Virus record (IMG/VR): IMGVR_UViG_3300027705_000005
Span: 1-64,000 of that record
DNA length: 64,000 bases
DNA from: a virus
Lineage: Duplodnaviria; Caudoviricetes
Reading direction: 5' to 3' (one strand)
Numbering within the stretch: the first letter of the stretch is position 1; every line of letters begins with the position of its first letter. The notes below the pieces were generated by a model that saw only the letters and a program-made list of their open reading frames with translations, was not told the origin of the DNA and did no database searches. The position numbers and the translations under genes are program-made. Shown in pieces: positions 8,706-18,080 of the stretch.

Positions 8706-8826
8706 ACTTATTTACTTATTATACAAAAGGAGGTTGGTTGTGTGGGTGATAGTAAGTAATTCAAGTAACAATGAATAAATCTGGGAGATGTTATATTCTC
8801 CTGGATTTATATTAAAAACAAATAAA

Positions 8827-9699
8827 ATGAAACAATTTTTAACAATTTTATTATGTATTTTACTATTTACTATAAATAGTAAAGCACAATGTCACGATTA
8901 TAATTGCAATCTTAGTTTTTATCTTCCTATTTTAGCAGGAGATGTAAACACAATTAATAATATTCCTGGAAACAAATGTTTTATAAACAATACAAGTACT
9001 ACACAAGTAGTGTCTACTGCTATCAATTTTAATAATTGGACAAAAATGACATTTGCAGCTGAGAATACAGGTAGTATTATAGTTGAACAGACACTTAATA
9101 TTAATTCTGGACAAGAAGTATATCTAAAGGGAGAAATAGTCTTAAATCAGCTTAATATGAGTGCTGGAACAGATAGTTCTATTATTTATGTAGAAGATAA
9201 TGCTAATATAGAAGTTAATTCAATACATTTTGCTAATAATACACATAATTATGTATATTTAGGTGAAGGAGCATTATTTTATATTAATAGTGAATCATAT
9301 GAAGTTGGTGATATATTTCAATTGGGGTCTAATCCAACTAATATAATTACATTTGTACAATGTCAACAACCTATTATATTAGCTCCTGCATTTGAGAAGT
9401 TCTTTATTAATGATCTAATTATATATTGGGTAGTTAATGGAAATAGTGTTATTATACAAAAGAAAGAAGGAGATAATTGGATAGATTTATACCAAGAAGT
9501 AGGAGAATCTAAAGGTACATATGTACCTAAAGAAGAAGGATATTATAGAGGAATGTCTGAATATGGACCATCTGATATAGTATATTTCAAATCTAATATT
9601 GAAAATATATTGTATAATCTAAAAGGACAAAGAATACTTAATCCAGAAGCTAATATACCATATATTAGAAATGGTAAAAAATACATTATTATAAACTAA
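8827..9699 (+). CDS. Secreted beta-rich protein with Sec signal peptide and T9SS (Por) C-terminal sorting-like domain
   Basis: MKQFLTILLCILLFTINSKA-Q signal; C-terminus LYNLKGQRI...YIRNGKKYIIIN; start 8827 preferred because 8788 lies inside a hairpin. Confidence 0.7.
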   Translation: MKQFLTILLCILLFTINSKAQCHDYNCNLSFYLPILAGDVNTINNIPGNKCFINNTSTTQVVSTAINFNNWTKMTFAAENTGSIIVEQTLNINSGQEVYLKGEIVLNQLNMSAGTDSSIIYVEDNANIEVNSIHFANNTHNYVYLGEGALFYINSESYEVGDIFQLGSNPTNIITFVQCQQPIILAPAFEKFFINDLIIYWVVNGNSVIIQKKEGDNWIDLYQEVGESKGTYVPKEEGYYRGMSEYGPSDIVYFKSNIENILYNLKGQRILNPEANIPYIRNGKKYIIIN

Positions 9700-9718
9700 A
9701 TTAAACTTATTAAATCTT

Positions 9719-9907
9719 ATGAAAAATTTACAACAAAGAGTTACAATATTGGAATCTAAATTCCAAGGAAGGATTAATATTCCTGCACCAACAAAAATGT
9801 TTATATCTAATGCTAAACAAGCAATTAAAGATAATCAAATTGTATCTTTAATAGATTTTGAAGAGAATGTAAGTAGAAAGAAAAAAGAATTTCTACTTAG
9901 AAGATAA
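9719..9907 (+). CDS. Small hypothetical protein
   Basis: ORF followed by a terminator. Confidence 0.6.
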   Translation: MKNLQQRVTILESKFQGRINIPAPTKMFISNAKQAIKDNQIVSLIDFEENVSRKKKEFLLRR

Positions 9908-9918
9908 ATGTGTTATTT

Positions 9919-9957
9919 ACCTGGATAATGAAATAGTAGTAGTTATCCAGGGTTTTT
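9919..9957 (+). terminator. Intrinsic terminator
   Basis: CCTGGATAAT / GTTATCCAGG followed by a T run. Confidence 0.65.
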
Positions 9958-9974
9958 AATTAAAAAATAAATAC

Positions 9975-10730
9975 ATGAGAAGTGAAATAATACAGAGAAT
10001 ATTAGATAATATTACTCCAGAAGATTACATGAGAGTGGAAAGAGAAATGGATATTTGGTCACCTGAATATATCTATTCTGATTGGTATGATGTTGACTAT
10101 GATTGGACATTAGCAGATTTTGAACAAACTTGTGGCTATCATTTAGATGTGCAATATTGTTTACCATATAGAGAATCCATTCAGAAAGTTAATGAATATG
10201 CTAGGACTTGGGATACAAGAAGAAAATCAGATTATCATAAAGTAGATGGTTATTATCCATATAAAAGAATAGAAAGAATATTAGAAAATAATATAGGTAA
10301 ATCATTTGATGGAGCATTTTCATATTATTGTAGAAAATCACCTAAATATCAACAAAAACTATTTGAAGAAACTATTAATAGAAATTGGAGTAGAAGATGG
10401 GGAAAAGATTATATAGTTGATGAAAATGGTTTAATACAAGGTAATCCAGATAGACATAAGAAATGGTATAATTGGATTAATCCACCCTATAAAGTAAAAT
10501 CTTGGGATCATAAAGGTGAAAATCAATGGATTCATAATATTACTGGACAAATTGGATTTGAACCTTATAGTTGGGAAGATGCAATTGAATTTAGAAAGAA
10601 ACATAAGTTTAAATATATAAATACTCAAGGTAAAATATATGAATTTCAGTCTAAAGATTACAGATATTATAGATGTAAGAAAGAACAAGAACAGAAAAGA
10701 AAGAAATATAATAGACAACTTCCAGATTAA
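9975..10730 (+). CDS. Hypothetical protein, aromatic- and basic-rich
   Basis: 251-aa ORF. Confidence 0.75.
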   Translation: MRSEIIQRILDNITPEDYMRVEREMDIWSPEYIYSDWYDVDYDWTLADFEQTCGYHLDVQYCLPYRESIQKVNEYARTWDTRRKSDYHKVDGYYPYKRIERILENNIGKSFDGAFSYYCRKSPKYQQKLFEETINRNWSRRWGKDYIVDENGLIQGNPDRHKKWYNWINPPYKVKSWDHKGENQWIHNITGQIGFEPYSWEDAIEFRKKHKFKYINTQGKIYEFQSKDYRYYRCKKEQEQKRKKYNRQLPD

Positions 10731-10935
10731 CAAATTGTATTTAGTTATTTTCAACTGGAAGTATGTATTGATCAGCAACATTGCAATAACTTAAATTTTA
10801 AATATTATGCGTTAGGTAAATAAAAAATTAATACCATATTAGAGCTATGGTTGGATTATCCTATTGTTTGGGATTATTTTATGTGGACATCATTAACAAC
10901 TGTAAAAAGTTACAGTAATTAATAACTGAATATGA

Positions 10936-10943
10936 TATATTTG
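10936..10943 (+). promoter_or_regulatory. Bacteroidota -7 promoter element TATATTTG
   Basis: Exact TAnnTTTG match in a 400-bp spacer about 200 nt upstream of 11145. Confidence 0.4.
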
Positions 10944-11144
10944 AAATAGATTAATGATAAGAAATAAAAATAGTTTAGGTGTGCTACCTAATATAAATAA
11001 AAAACCTGTATATCAATGATGGGTTCAATAGGTTGTAAGTGAAAGCTCAAATTTTTAAATAACACAAAAGAAATGCACTTGTAGGTTGAGTGTTGAAACC
11101 TTCTTTACAAATTTTTATATTTAACATTTTAAATTTTTAAAATT

Positions 11145-11561
11145 ATGGCTAATCAAGCTAATGTTGTTGAGATCAATGAAGGTCAAACAAAAATTTTCAC
11201 AGTATCTGCTGCTAATTATATTGGTTCAAAAACTAAACCAGCAACAGCAGATAAGAACCAATTAATGCCAATAGTAATACCAACTATTGAAGGTGGACAA
11301 TTACCAGAAACAGCAAGAATATTGCCTGGTACTATTGCTCAAAGAGCTGGAATTGAAGCTGGTAAATCTTATCAATTATCAGTAACAAATGGTGGACCAA
11401 GACCATATGTTGACAAACAAACTGGTGAAGAAAAAGTTGGTACTCAGTGGAATTACTTAGTTCTACACACATTATCATTTAAAGATTTGCGTGATATTCA
11501 GAATGAGCAATCTTCTGTATCAGTCTCAGCTAAAGTTAAAGCAGAGAATCCATTTGCATAA
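11145..11561 (+). CDS. Hypothetical protein, possible OB-fold nucleic-acid-binding protein
   Basis: Beta-rich with a flexible tail ending ENPFA; has its own terminator. Confidence 0.7.
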   Translation: MANQANVVEINEGQTKIFTVSAANYIGSKTKPATADKNQLMPIVIPTIEGGQLPETARILPGTIAQRAGIEAGKSYQLSVTNGGPRPYVDKQTGEEKVGTQWNYLVLHTLSFKDLRDIQNEQSSVSVSAKVKAENPFA

Positions 11562-11583
11562 GGATTAAATCTTATTTTAGTTT

Positions 11584-11621
11584 AAGAAAGGGAGAGTAGT
11601 AATATTCTCCTTTTCTTTTTT
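11584..11621 (+). terminator. Intrinsic terminator
   Basis: AAGAAAGGGAGAGTA-GTAA-TATTCTCCTTTTCTT followed by a T run. Confidence 0.85.
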
Positions 11622-11649
11622 ATTTATTAAATAACACAAAAAATAAAAT

Positions 11650-12066
11650 ATGACAGATATATTAGATGAAATCAGAAAAGAAGTAAAAGGGAAAACACAA
11701 GTTTCTATTGAATATTTTCATAAAGCAATAGCTATGGTAAATCCTACTATATTAAGAAATTTAAAACCAGATATATTAAAAGTAGGAGATATATTAAGAG
11801 TAGATAATAGTGGATCAGTACAACATCCTGGAGTTATATTTAAAATAAAAGGAGATGATGTATATTGTCTTGTAGCATCAAATAGTGAAGTACATAGTAT
11901 AAAAAAAATAACTAATTCCAGATTTCTTAAAGGGTATTATACTTATACTATAATTAGATATAATAAAAATATGGTATTAGACAGGTGGGTTGGTACATTT
12001 GATAATATGAAAGAATTAAGAGTAGCATTAAAAGAAGTTAAACAATTTTACAATAAAATATTGTAA
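11650..12066 (+). CDS. Hypothetical protein (SH3-like beta-barrel possible)
   Basis: LKVGDILRV...HPGVIFK pattern. Confidence 0.7.
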   Translation: MTDILDEIRKEVKGKTQVSIEYFHKAIAMVNPTILRNLKPDILKVGDILRVDNSGSVQHPGVIFKIKGDDVYCLVASNSEVHSIKKITNSRFLKGYYTYTIIRYNKNMVLDRWVGTFDNMKELRVALKEVKQFYNKIL

Positions 12067-12073
12067 TGATATA

Positions 12074-12148
12074 AGATGTGAAGCTCAGGTTGGTAAGAGC
12101 ACCTGAAGATTAATCAGGAGGTTGGAGGTTCAATCCCTCTCACATCTA
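12074..12148 (+). tRNA. tRNA-like RNA with non-canonical anticodon loop (AGATTAA; nominal anticodon ATT)
   Basis: AGATGTG-AA-GCTC-AGGTTGGTAA-GAGC-A-CCTGA-AGATTAA-TCAGG-AGGTT-GGAGG-TTCAATC-CCTCT-CACATCT-A; all four stems pair, but positions 8, 32 and 33 are A, A and G. Confidence 0.85.
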
Positions 12149-12179
12149 CAAATTTTAAATAACATATAAAAAGTAAATA

Positions 12180-13430
12180 ATGAAAGATCCAAGAGATTTA
12201 TTAGCATTAGAAGTAGTAGAATTAAGTAATACACATAAGGCAATGTTATTAAATCATTCTACAGGAGTTGGTAAGACTCTTACATCTCTTAAAATATCAG
12301 AAACTACTGTAAATAATAAACATTTAATAGTACATGCTGAAACTACACATAAGGATAATATTTTAGCTGATATAATTAAATTTGGATATGATCCTGAAAA
12401 TTATGTATTTAAAACATATAGAGGATTAAAACAAGAAGCTGGAAATAGTTATGGATGTATAATTCTTGATGAAGCTCATAGGATAACATCACTTAATTCA
12501 ACATCTCTTAGAAAAATTATTTGTGAGAAATTTATAGCATTAAGTGCTGAAGTTCCATCTCCCAAATTACAACTATTACAGTTATTAGCTCCTAAATTAT
12601 ATACACATAAAGTAGATTTAAAATTAGCTATAGAACTTGGTATATTACCAACTCCTAAGATTAAATTACATTGGTTAGATTTAGATAATGAAATAAGAAA
12701 AGAAGTAGTATTATCTAATTTATCTAAAACTGGTAATAGTAAATATGTAAAATCTTTTGAAGAATATATGTTTTTTATGGATGGACCTGGAAAATGGGTA
12801 TTTACTATTAAAGCATATCTTACAGATAAAGAACATTATGATTACATTAATAATCTGTATGCTAATTATGATAATAAGATTAAAGAATTATATAATGAAA
12901 TAGTTAAGAAGAATCAAGAAATTAGATTAAATCCTTCTTTAAGATATGTATATGACATAAATGGTCTTTATGAAGAACAATCTAAAATTAGAAGAATAAA
13001 GAAATTACTTGGTGGTAGAAGAAAGAATTTTGTATGTGATACTAAAAATGATTATGTAAATACATTATTTCATAGTCTTAAAGGTAAAAAGATTGCATTT
13101 ACTAATTCTATAGCCTCTGCTACATCTTTATCTAAAAATCATATACATAGTAAAGTAAAGGATAAAAAGCTTGTTACAAGGAGGATAAGTGACTTTAAAG
13201 AAGGTATTATTAATGAGTTATCATGTTCCAACATGATGAAAGAATCACATAATATACCTGATTTAAAACATGTAATACTACAACAGATGGATATATCTAC
13301 TTTTATTGGATTTATTCAAGTAAGAGGGAGAGCATTAAGATCAGATAAAACAATACTGCATTTGATATTACAGAGTAATACAATTGACACAGAAATCATA
13401 AAACAGTTACAAGAAAATAAATTATTATGA
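12180..13430 (+). CDS. Superfamily 2 (DEAH) helicase
   Basis: STGVGKT Walker A, ILDEAH motif II, LSA motif III, QVRGRALR motif VI. Confidence 0.9.
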   Translation: MKDPRDLLALEVVELSNTHKAMLLNHSTGVGKTLTSLKISETTVNNKHLIVHAETTHKDNILADIIKFGYDPENYVFKTYRGLKQEAGNSYGCIILDEAHRITSLNSTSLRKIICEKFIALSAEVPSPKLQLLQLLAPKLYTHKVDLKLAIELGILPTPKIKLHWLDLDNEIRKEVVLSNLSKTGNSKYVKSFEEYMFFMDGPGKWVFTIKAYLTDKEHYDYINNLYANYDNKIKELYNEIVKKNQEIRLNPSLRYVYDINGLYEEQSKIRRIKKLLGGRRKNFVCDTKNDYVNTLFHSLKGKKIAFTNSIASATSLSKNHIHSKVKDKKLVTRRISDFKEGIINELSCSNMMKESHNIPDLKHVILQQMDISTFIGFIQVRGRALRSDKTILHLILQSNTIDTEIIKQLQENKLL

Positions 13431-14806
13431 TGGAATTTAAAATAGGAGATATAGTTTCTAAGAAATCTGGAAAACCATTTAAAAATGGAGAGAAGATTGA
13501 TGAAATAGAATATTTTACAACTAATGAATTACATCCTAAAAAATCAGATGCTGCATTCATGAAAAATAGTAAGACTATTGTAACATTAAATACTTTAAAA
13601 ATAAAAGAAAAAATGAGTAAATTTATAACACCAGTCTCCATGAAGGTGACAAGAGAAGAGTTTAATTATTTAGAAAAAGAATTAGAAAAATTAGGATATG
13701 AAAGTTCATTAATAGGGCTTATATATCCAGTGGATAATTATATTGCTACTAATTTAGGTAATACAAATAATTTGTTTTCCAACATAGATAATGAAACTAT
13801 TAATAGACATGACAGATATTACATAGATAGTTATAATCCTGAATTATTTCTTGCTTTAGCTGCTATGACAGATAATTATGATCCAATAGTTAGAGAATAT
13901 ATGATTTGTATTTATGATACAGTTAATTGTGAAATCAATAGTAAAGTAGGAGATATTATAAAAATTTTAAGTTTTAATGATAATTCAAAATGGAAACCTA
14001 AACAAACAGAAAAAGGTCATTTTGGTACTGATTGGTCAAGAAATCATTATAGAAAAGCTACTAAAGAAGAATTAATTTCTCATTTCTCTAAAGATACTTT
14101 TGTATTACCTGAAAGATGGGTAGTTAAAGCAGATGGTAAAGGACCTATTGGAAAATATTTTGATAAACAATGCAATACTTGTATATATGATTTTAGAGAT
14201 GGTTATTATCATAGATTTGGAAAAAATGGAGATGATATAACAAATCCTAATAAATTATCAAATTTACAATTTCATAGTTATTCAATAATAGATGATCATA
14301 CTGAAATTACACAAGAACAATTTGAAAAATATGTATTAAATTCAAATAATAAACAAACTAAAATAAAAATGAAACATACAATAACATTAGATCAATTAAG
14401 ATTAATCTTTAATGTAGCTTGTGCTAATTGGCAAGAAAAGATTAAAGTATATGCTGGTAGAGCAGTATTTCCACAAGTAACAGTTGATTTTACAAATGAT
14501 GAAGTAAAAACAATGTATAGTGCTTCTAATTCAGAACAAAAAGCAGTATTAGATAGTATATTTACTGAATATAATAAGGATAATAATCCATTTATAGAAC
14601 ATAAAGATAATGCAAAACTAATAGCTGAATTATCTAATACTTGTTTTGGAGGAAGTGATACAATTGAACTTTCACAATCTATTATTTCAATGAGAAAATT
14701 ACCTAGTAATTTAAGAAATAGATCTTTCTTTGTAAGAGGTTCATATCAAGTGATATTACATGAGAAAGAAGGAGCTGGAACAATAATTGAATTCCAGAAA
14801 AGATAA
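13427..14806 (+). CDS. Mosaic hypothetical protein (probable fusion of several small modules)
   Basis: In-frame internal ATGs at 13613 and 14369 preceded by leader-like A-rich runs. Confidence 0.7.
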   Translation: MMEFKIGDIVSKKSGKPFKNGEKIDEIEYFTTNELHPKKSDAAFMKNSKTIVTLNTLKIKEKMSKFITPVSMKVTREEFNYLEKELEKLGYESSLIGLIYPVDNYIATNLGNTNNLFSNIDNETINRHDRYYIDSYNPELFLALAAMTDNYDPIVREYMICIYDTVNCEINSKVGDIIKILSFNDNSKWKPKQTEKGHFGTDWSRNHYRKATKEELISHFSKDTFVLPERWVVKADGKGPIGKYFDKQCNTCIYDFRDGYYHRFGKNGDDITNPNKLSNLQFHSYSIIDDHTEITQEQFEKYVLNSNNKQTKIKMKHTITLDQLRLIFNVACANWQEKIKVYAGRAVFPQVTVDFTNDEVKTMYSASNSEQKAVLDSIFTEYNKDNNPFIEHKDNAKLIAELSNTCFGGSDTIELSQSIISMRKLPSNLRNRSFFVRGSYQVILHEKEGAGTIIEFQKR

Positions 14807-14926
14807 TGTTTAATTTAACATATAAGGAACTTATTAAACTTCTTAAAGCAGCAATTGAATACTGTAGTGGTAGAGAGATTAATGAAAAGAAGTTTAGTGA
14901 GTTCCTTAAATATAAAAAGATAAAAG

Positions 14927-15124
14927 ATGAAGACAATTAATATTATAAAATTAATAGTTTTAATATGTGTAGCATTTATGCTTGTAGCATTTATATTAGA
15001 ATGGAATGATAAGATCAATATTGGATATTGGATGATATTCTCTCCTATATTAGTAGTACTTGGATTATTAGGAGTAGCTACTTTAGCTTGGGTAATATTT
15101 TTATTAATAATGAATTTTAAATAA
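14927..15124 (+). CDS. Small two-TM membrane protein
   Basis: Two long hydrophobic segments. Confidence 0.7.
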   Translation: MKTINIIKLIVLICVAFMLVAFILEWNDKINIGYWMIFSPILVVLGLLGVATLAWVIFLLIMNFK

Positions 15125-15579
15125 TGAAAAGAAAAGAAAAATTTCCATTTACTAAATTACAATTACTTTGGCTTAAAAGATTAGAAAAATATCCAGAAAG
15201 ACAAATGAGTTTTAGATTAGGTGAATTATCAAAAGAAGATACTGGTAAAGGTGCAATGAAATATAGAGCTTGTTGCTTAGGAGAAGCAGCAATATGTATG
15301 GTAATGGTAAATAAAAAGTCACCAAGAATATTATTAGATAAATCAAATGGAAGAGAATTACATGAACAACCTAATGCTAATGGATCATCAACTGCTTTAA
15401 CTCATACATATCAAAAATTAAATTTAAGAGATAATACTGGAGCATTTAAAAAGAAATATCTTTCATATGGATGTTTAATGGATATGAATGATTCTACTAA
15501 AATGTCTTGGACTGATATAGCTAAATATATTAGAGAAAATCCTGAAAATGTATTTACTAATTTAAATAAAGTTAAATAA
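15124..15579 (+). CDS. CCLG-motif hypothetical protein
   Basis: RACCLGE...MDMND...SWTDIA; TAATG-coupled. Confidence 0.75.
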   Translation: MKRKEKFPFTKLQLLWLKRLEKYPERQMSFRLGELSKEDTGKGAMKYRACCLGEAAICMVMVNKKSPRILLDKSNGRELHEQPNANGSSTALTHTYQKLNLRDNTGAFKKKYLSYGCLMDMNDSTKMSWTDIAKYIRENPENVFTNLNKVK

Positions 15580-16010
15580 TGGATGAATTTTTAATACCTA
15601 ATGCATCATTGAAAAGATTAATTAATGAATATATAAAATATGAACAATTAATAATATTAGTAGATTTTGATAATGTTTTGTATGATTATTATAATATTGG
15701 ATCAACTCATAACATGGTAATTGAATTAGTTAAAGAAGCTAAATTAATACTAAATGCAGAAATTGTAATATGGACAGGAAACATTAATATAGACTTTGTA
15801 AAAGAATATTGTACAAATAATAATATTATTTTTGATGGAATTAATGAACATAGCCAAAAATCAGTAAATTATTATAATAAATTAGGTTCAGAACCAACAA
15901 GGAAGATCTTCGGAAATATTTTAATTGATGACAGATCGGGAGCCATACAAGTTTATCAGGAGTTAGAATTATTAATTTGGCTGGTTAAACAAGGAATATT
16001 AAAGAAATAA
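15579..16010 (+). CDS. HAD-superfamily phosphatase (capless)
   Basis: ILVDFDNVL motif I, IWTG motif II, K..G.ILIDDR motifs III/IV. Confidence 0.85.
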   Translation: MDEFLIPNASLKRLINEYIKYEQLIILVDFDNVLYDYYNIGSTHNMVIELVKEAKLILNAEIVIWTGNINIDFVKEYCTNNNIIFDGINEHSQKSVNYYNKLGSEPTRKIFGNILIDDRSGAIQVYQELELLIWLVKQGILKK

Positions 16011-16136
16011 TAGAATAAGGTTTTGTTCAAAAAAAACACAAGTTTTCTTATTAAAGAGTGCTGTAAAATGAAGTGGTAAGACGAAAAGACATGGATTTTT
16101 ATGGCACTCACTTTTAAATTAAACAAAACAAATAAA

Positions 16137-16553
16137 ATGGAAATAAAACAAACTTTTACAATAGATTGTAATACATGGAGATGTGGAGATAATGGAAAAT
16201 ATAAATTAGGTGAAGGAAATACTGCATTACTTAATGATGAAGGTTTTATGTGCTGTCTTGGACAAGTAGCATTACAATTAGATGTTCATGAAGCTGATTT
16301 ATTAGGTGTTGGAGAGCCAGAAGGAGTTGAATCAGATACCATACTTGGATTATTGGTAACAAATGAATGGGATGAGGATTCTGAAAATGATATAAAACAT
16401 AATACAGTATTATCTTCAGAAGCTATGGGAATTAATGATAATGGCAATACAACTATTGAAACTAAAATAAATGATCTTAAAGAATTATTTAAAGCTGATG
16501 GATATGGTCTTGAATTTATAAATATACCAGCAGATGTCAAACAACAACAGTGA
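16137..16553 (+). CDS. CCLG-motif hypothetical protein
   Basis: GFMCCLGQ...MGIND; start 16137 preferred because 16101 is inside a stem. Confidence 0.75.
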   Translation: MEIKQTFTIDCNTWRCGDNGKYKLGEGNTALLNDEGFMCCLGQVALQLDVHEADLLGVGEPEGVESDTILGLLVTNEWDEDSENDIKHNTVLSSEAMGINDNGNTTIETKINDLKELFKADGYGLEFINIPADVKQQQ

Positions 16554-16788
16554 TATAGGATTTGAAATATTTCTTACATTAGTCATTTTATTATGGATGT
16601 TTGTAGGATATAGAGCTAGTGATAAAGTAGATATTTTAAGAAAGGAAATTAAGACCCTTAAATATCAATACCAATTCAAAGATTTAGAAATAGAGGCTTG
16701 GAAGAATAAACATGAAGAAGATTCAATAAGTATATTAGAATGTATAGAACAAAGAGAAGAATTAATTAATATTTTAAACAAAAAATAA
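16534..16788 (+). CDS. Membrane-anchored coiled-coil protein
   Basis: TM helix followed by heptad pattern. Confidence 0.65.
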   Translation: MSNNNSDIGFEIFLTLVILLWMFVGYRASDKVDILRKEIKTLKYQYQFKDLEIEAWKNKHEEDSISILECIEQREELINILNKK

Positions 16789-17513
16789 TGTCTAAAGAAA
16801 TAGCATTAATTACACCAAATCAACTAATTGATGAAGGAATTAAACATCAGTTAACACAAGGAGATCTATTAGAAATAGTAGCTGATAATAGAATATCAGA
16901 AATTAACAGACAAATAAATATATTTAATAAAAGAGCAGATGTAATAAGAGAAAATATAAGATATAAAAATGTATTTTCTTCATTTATTGATACTTTTAAA
17001 TTAGAGCTTGAAAAAATATTAGAAAGAGAAATTGATATTAATAATATATCTATTGATACTCATAGCTCAGATAGAGAAGATTATGTTTCTTTATATAGAG
17101 CACATATATATCAACAAAATGCTAAAACAGAAATATTAAGAACACAACATGAATCTTTTTATTTATGTAAAAATATTAATTTTACTTTAGTTTTAAAATA
17201 TACAGATAGTAAAAAATTAACTAATGTATATGGAGACATAATTGTTAATGGTTCTTCAACAGAAATTTATGAAAGACATGTTAAAATAACTCCTAAATAT
17301 ATTAAATTATATCAAGGTTATCAGAAAGAAATGAAAGAACATAATGAAGAAGTTAAAGCATATGCTGAAACATTTAAAGGAGTTAATTTAAATCAAGATA
17401 AGTTTATTAGAGATACAAGAATAGCATTCAATAAACAATTATTATCTTCTAAATCTCCAGATTTCAAAAAGAAATTAAAATCATTTTTTAACCTTGAATT
17501 AAATGCAGGATAA
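16788..17513 (+). CDS. Hypothetical protein
   Basis: 241-aa ORF, TAATG-coupled. Confidence 0.75.
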   Translation: MSKEIALITPNQLIDEGIKHQLTQGDLLEIVADNRISEINRQINIFNKRADVIRENIRYKNVFSSFIDTFKLELEKILEREIDINNISIDTHSSDREDYVSLYRAHIYQQNAKTEILRTQHESFYLCKNINFTLVLKYTDSKKLTNVYGDIIVNGSSTEIYERHVKITPKYIKLYQGYQKEMKEHNEEVKAYAETFKGVNLNQDKFIRDTRIAFNKQLLSSKSPDFKKKLKSFFNLELNAG

Positions 17514-17714
17514 TAATGGATAAATTATATGACATAATGATGATTTTAATAGTAGTTTGTGTAATATGTATGTTTATTACATTTTTCTTTATGATTTGGA
17601 ATTATAATCCAGTTCAATGGAAAGTATTAGCTACATTATTTTTGTCAATTTTTGTACTATTTAATGCTACTAAAATAATTGAAGATGAAATTTAATAATT
17701 AAAAACAATAAACA

Positions 17715-18080
17715 ATGATAACATTAGCGACATTAAATGAAGCAACAGAGCAGGAGATTTTTAATCAAGTCAGTAATCATTTATTAACACAGAATAAAAA
17801 ATCTGAAAGAAATAATAAATGTGTATATAGAAGTCCAGAAGGTTTAAAATGTGCAGCTGGTTGTTTAATATCAGATGAAGAATATAATCCAGCAATGGAT
17901 TCATTTGGAGAAGGTACTTCCTGGGAATCTTTAATAAAAAGAGAATTAATAGGAACAGACAAACATCAATTTATTATCGGAGACCTTCAAAGAATACACG
18001 ATGATTATTATCCTGATAGATGGAAAAGTAGATTACAAGATTTTGCTGAAACAAACAATCTTCAATGGACATTGAATTAA
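17715..18080 (+). CDS. Cys-motif phage hypothetical protein
   Basis: CVYR..GLKCAAGCLI...LQRIHD. Confidence 0.75.
   Translation: MITLATLNEATEQEIFNQVSNHLLTQNKKSERNNKCVYRSPEGLKCAAGCLISDEEYNPAMDSFGEGTSWESLIKRELIGTDKHQFIIGDLQRIHDDYYPDRWKSRLQDFAETNNLQWTLN

Noticed and set aside
2100-11144. CRISPR or mini-CRISPR array in the long spacers
   Set aside because: No 25-45 nt repeat recurs at regular spacing
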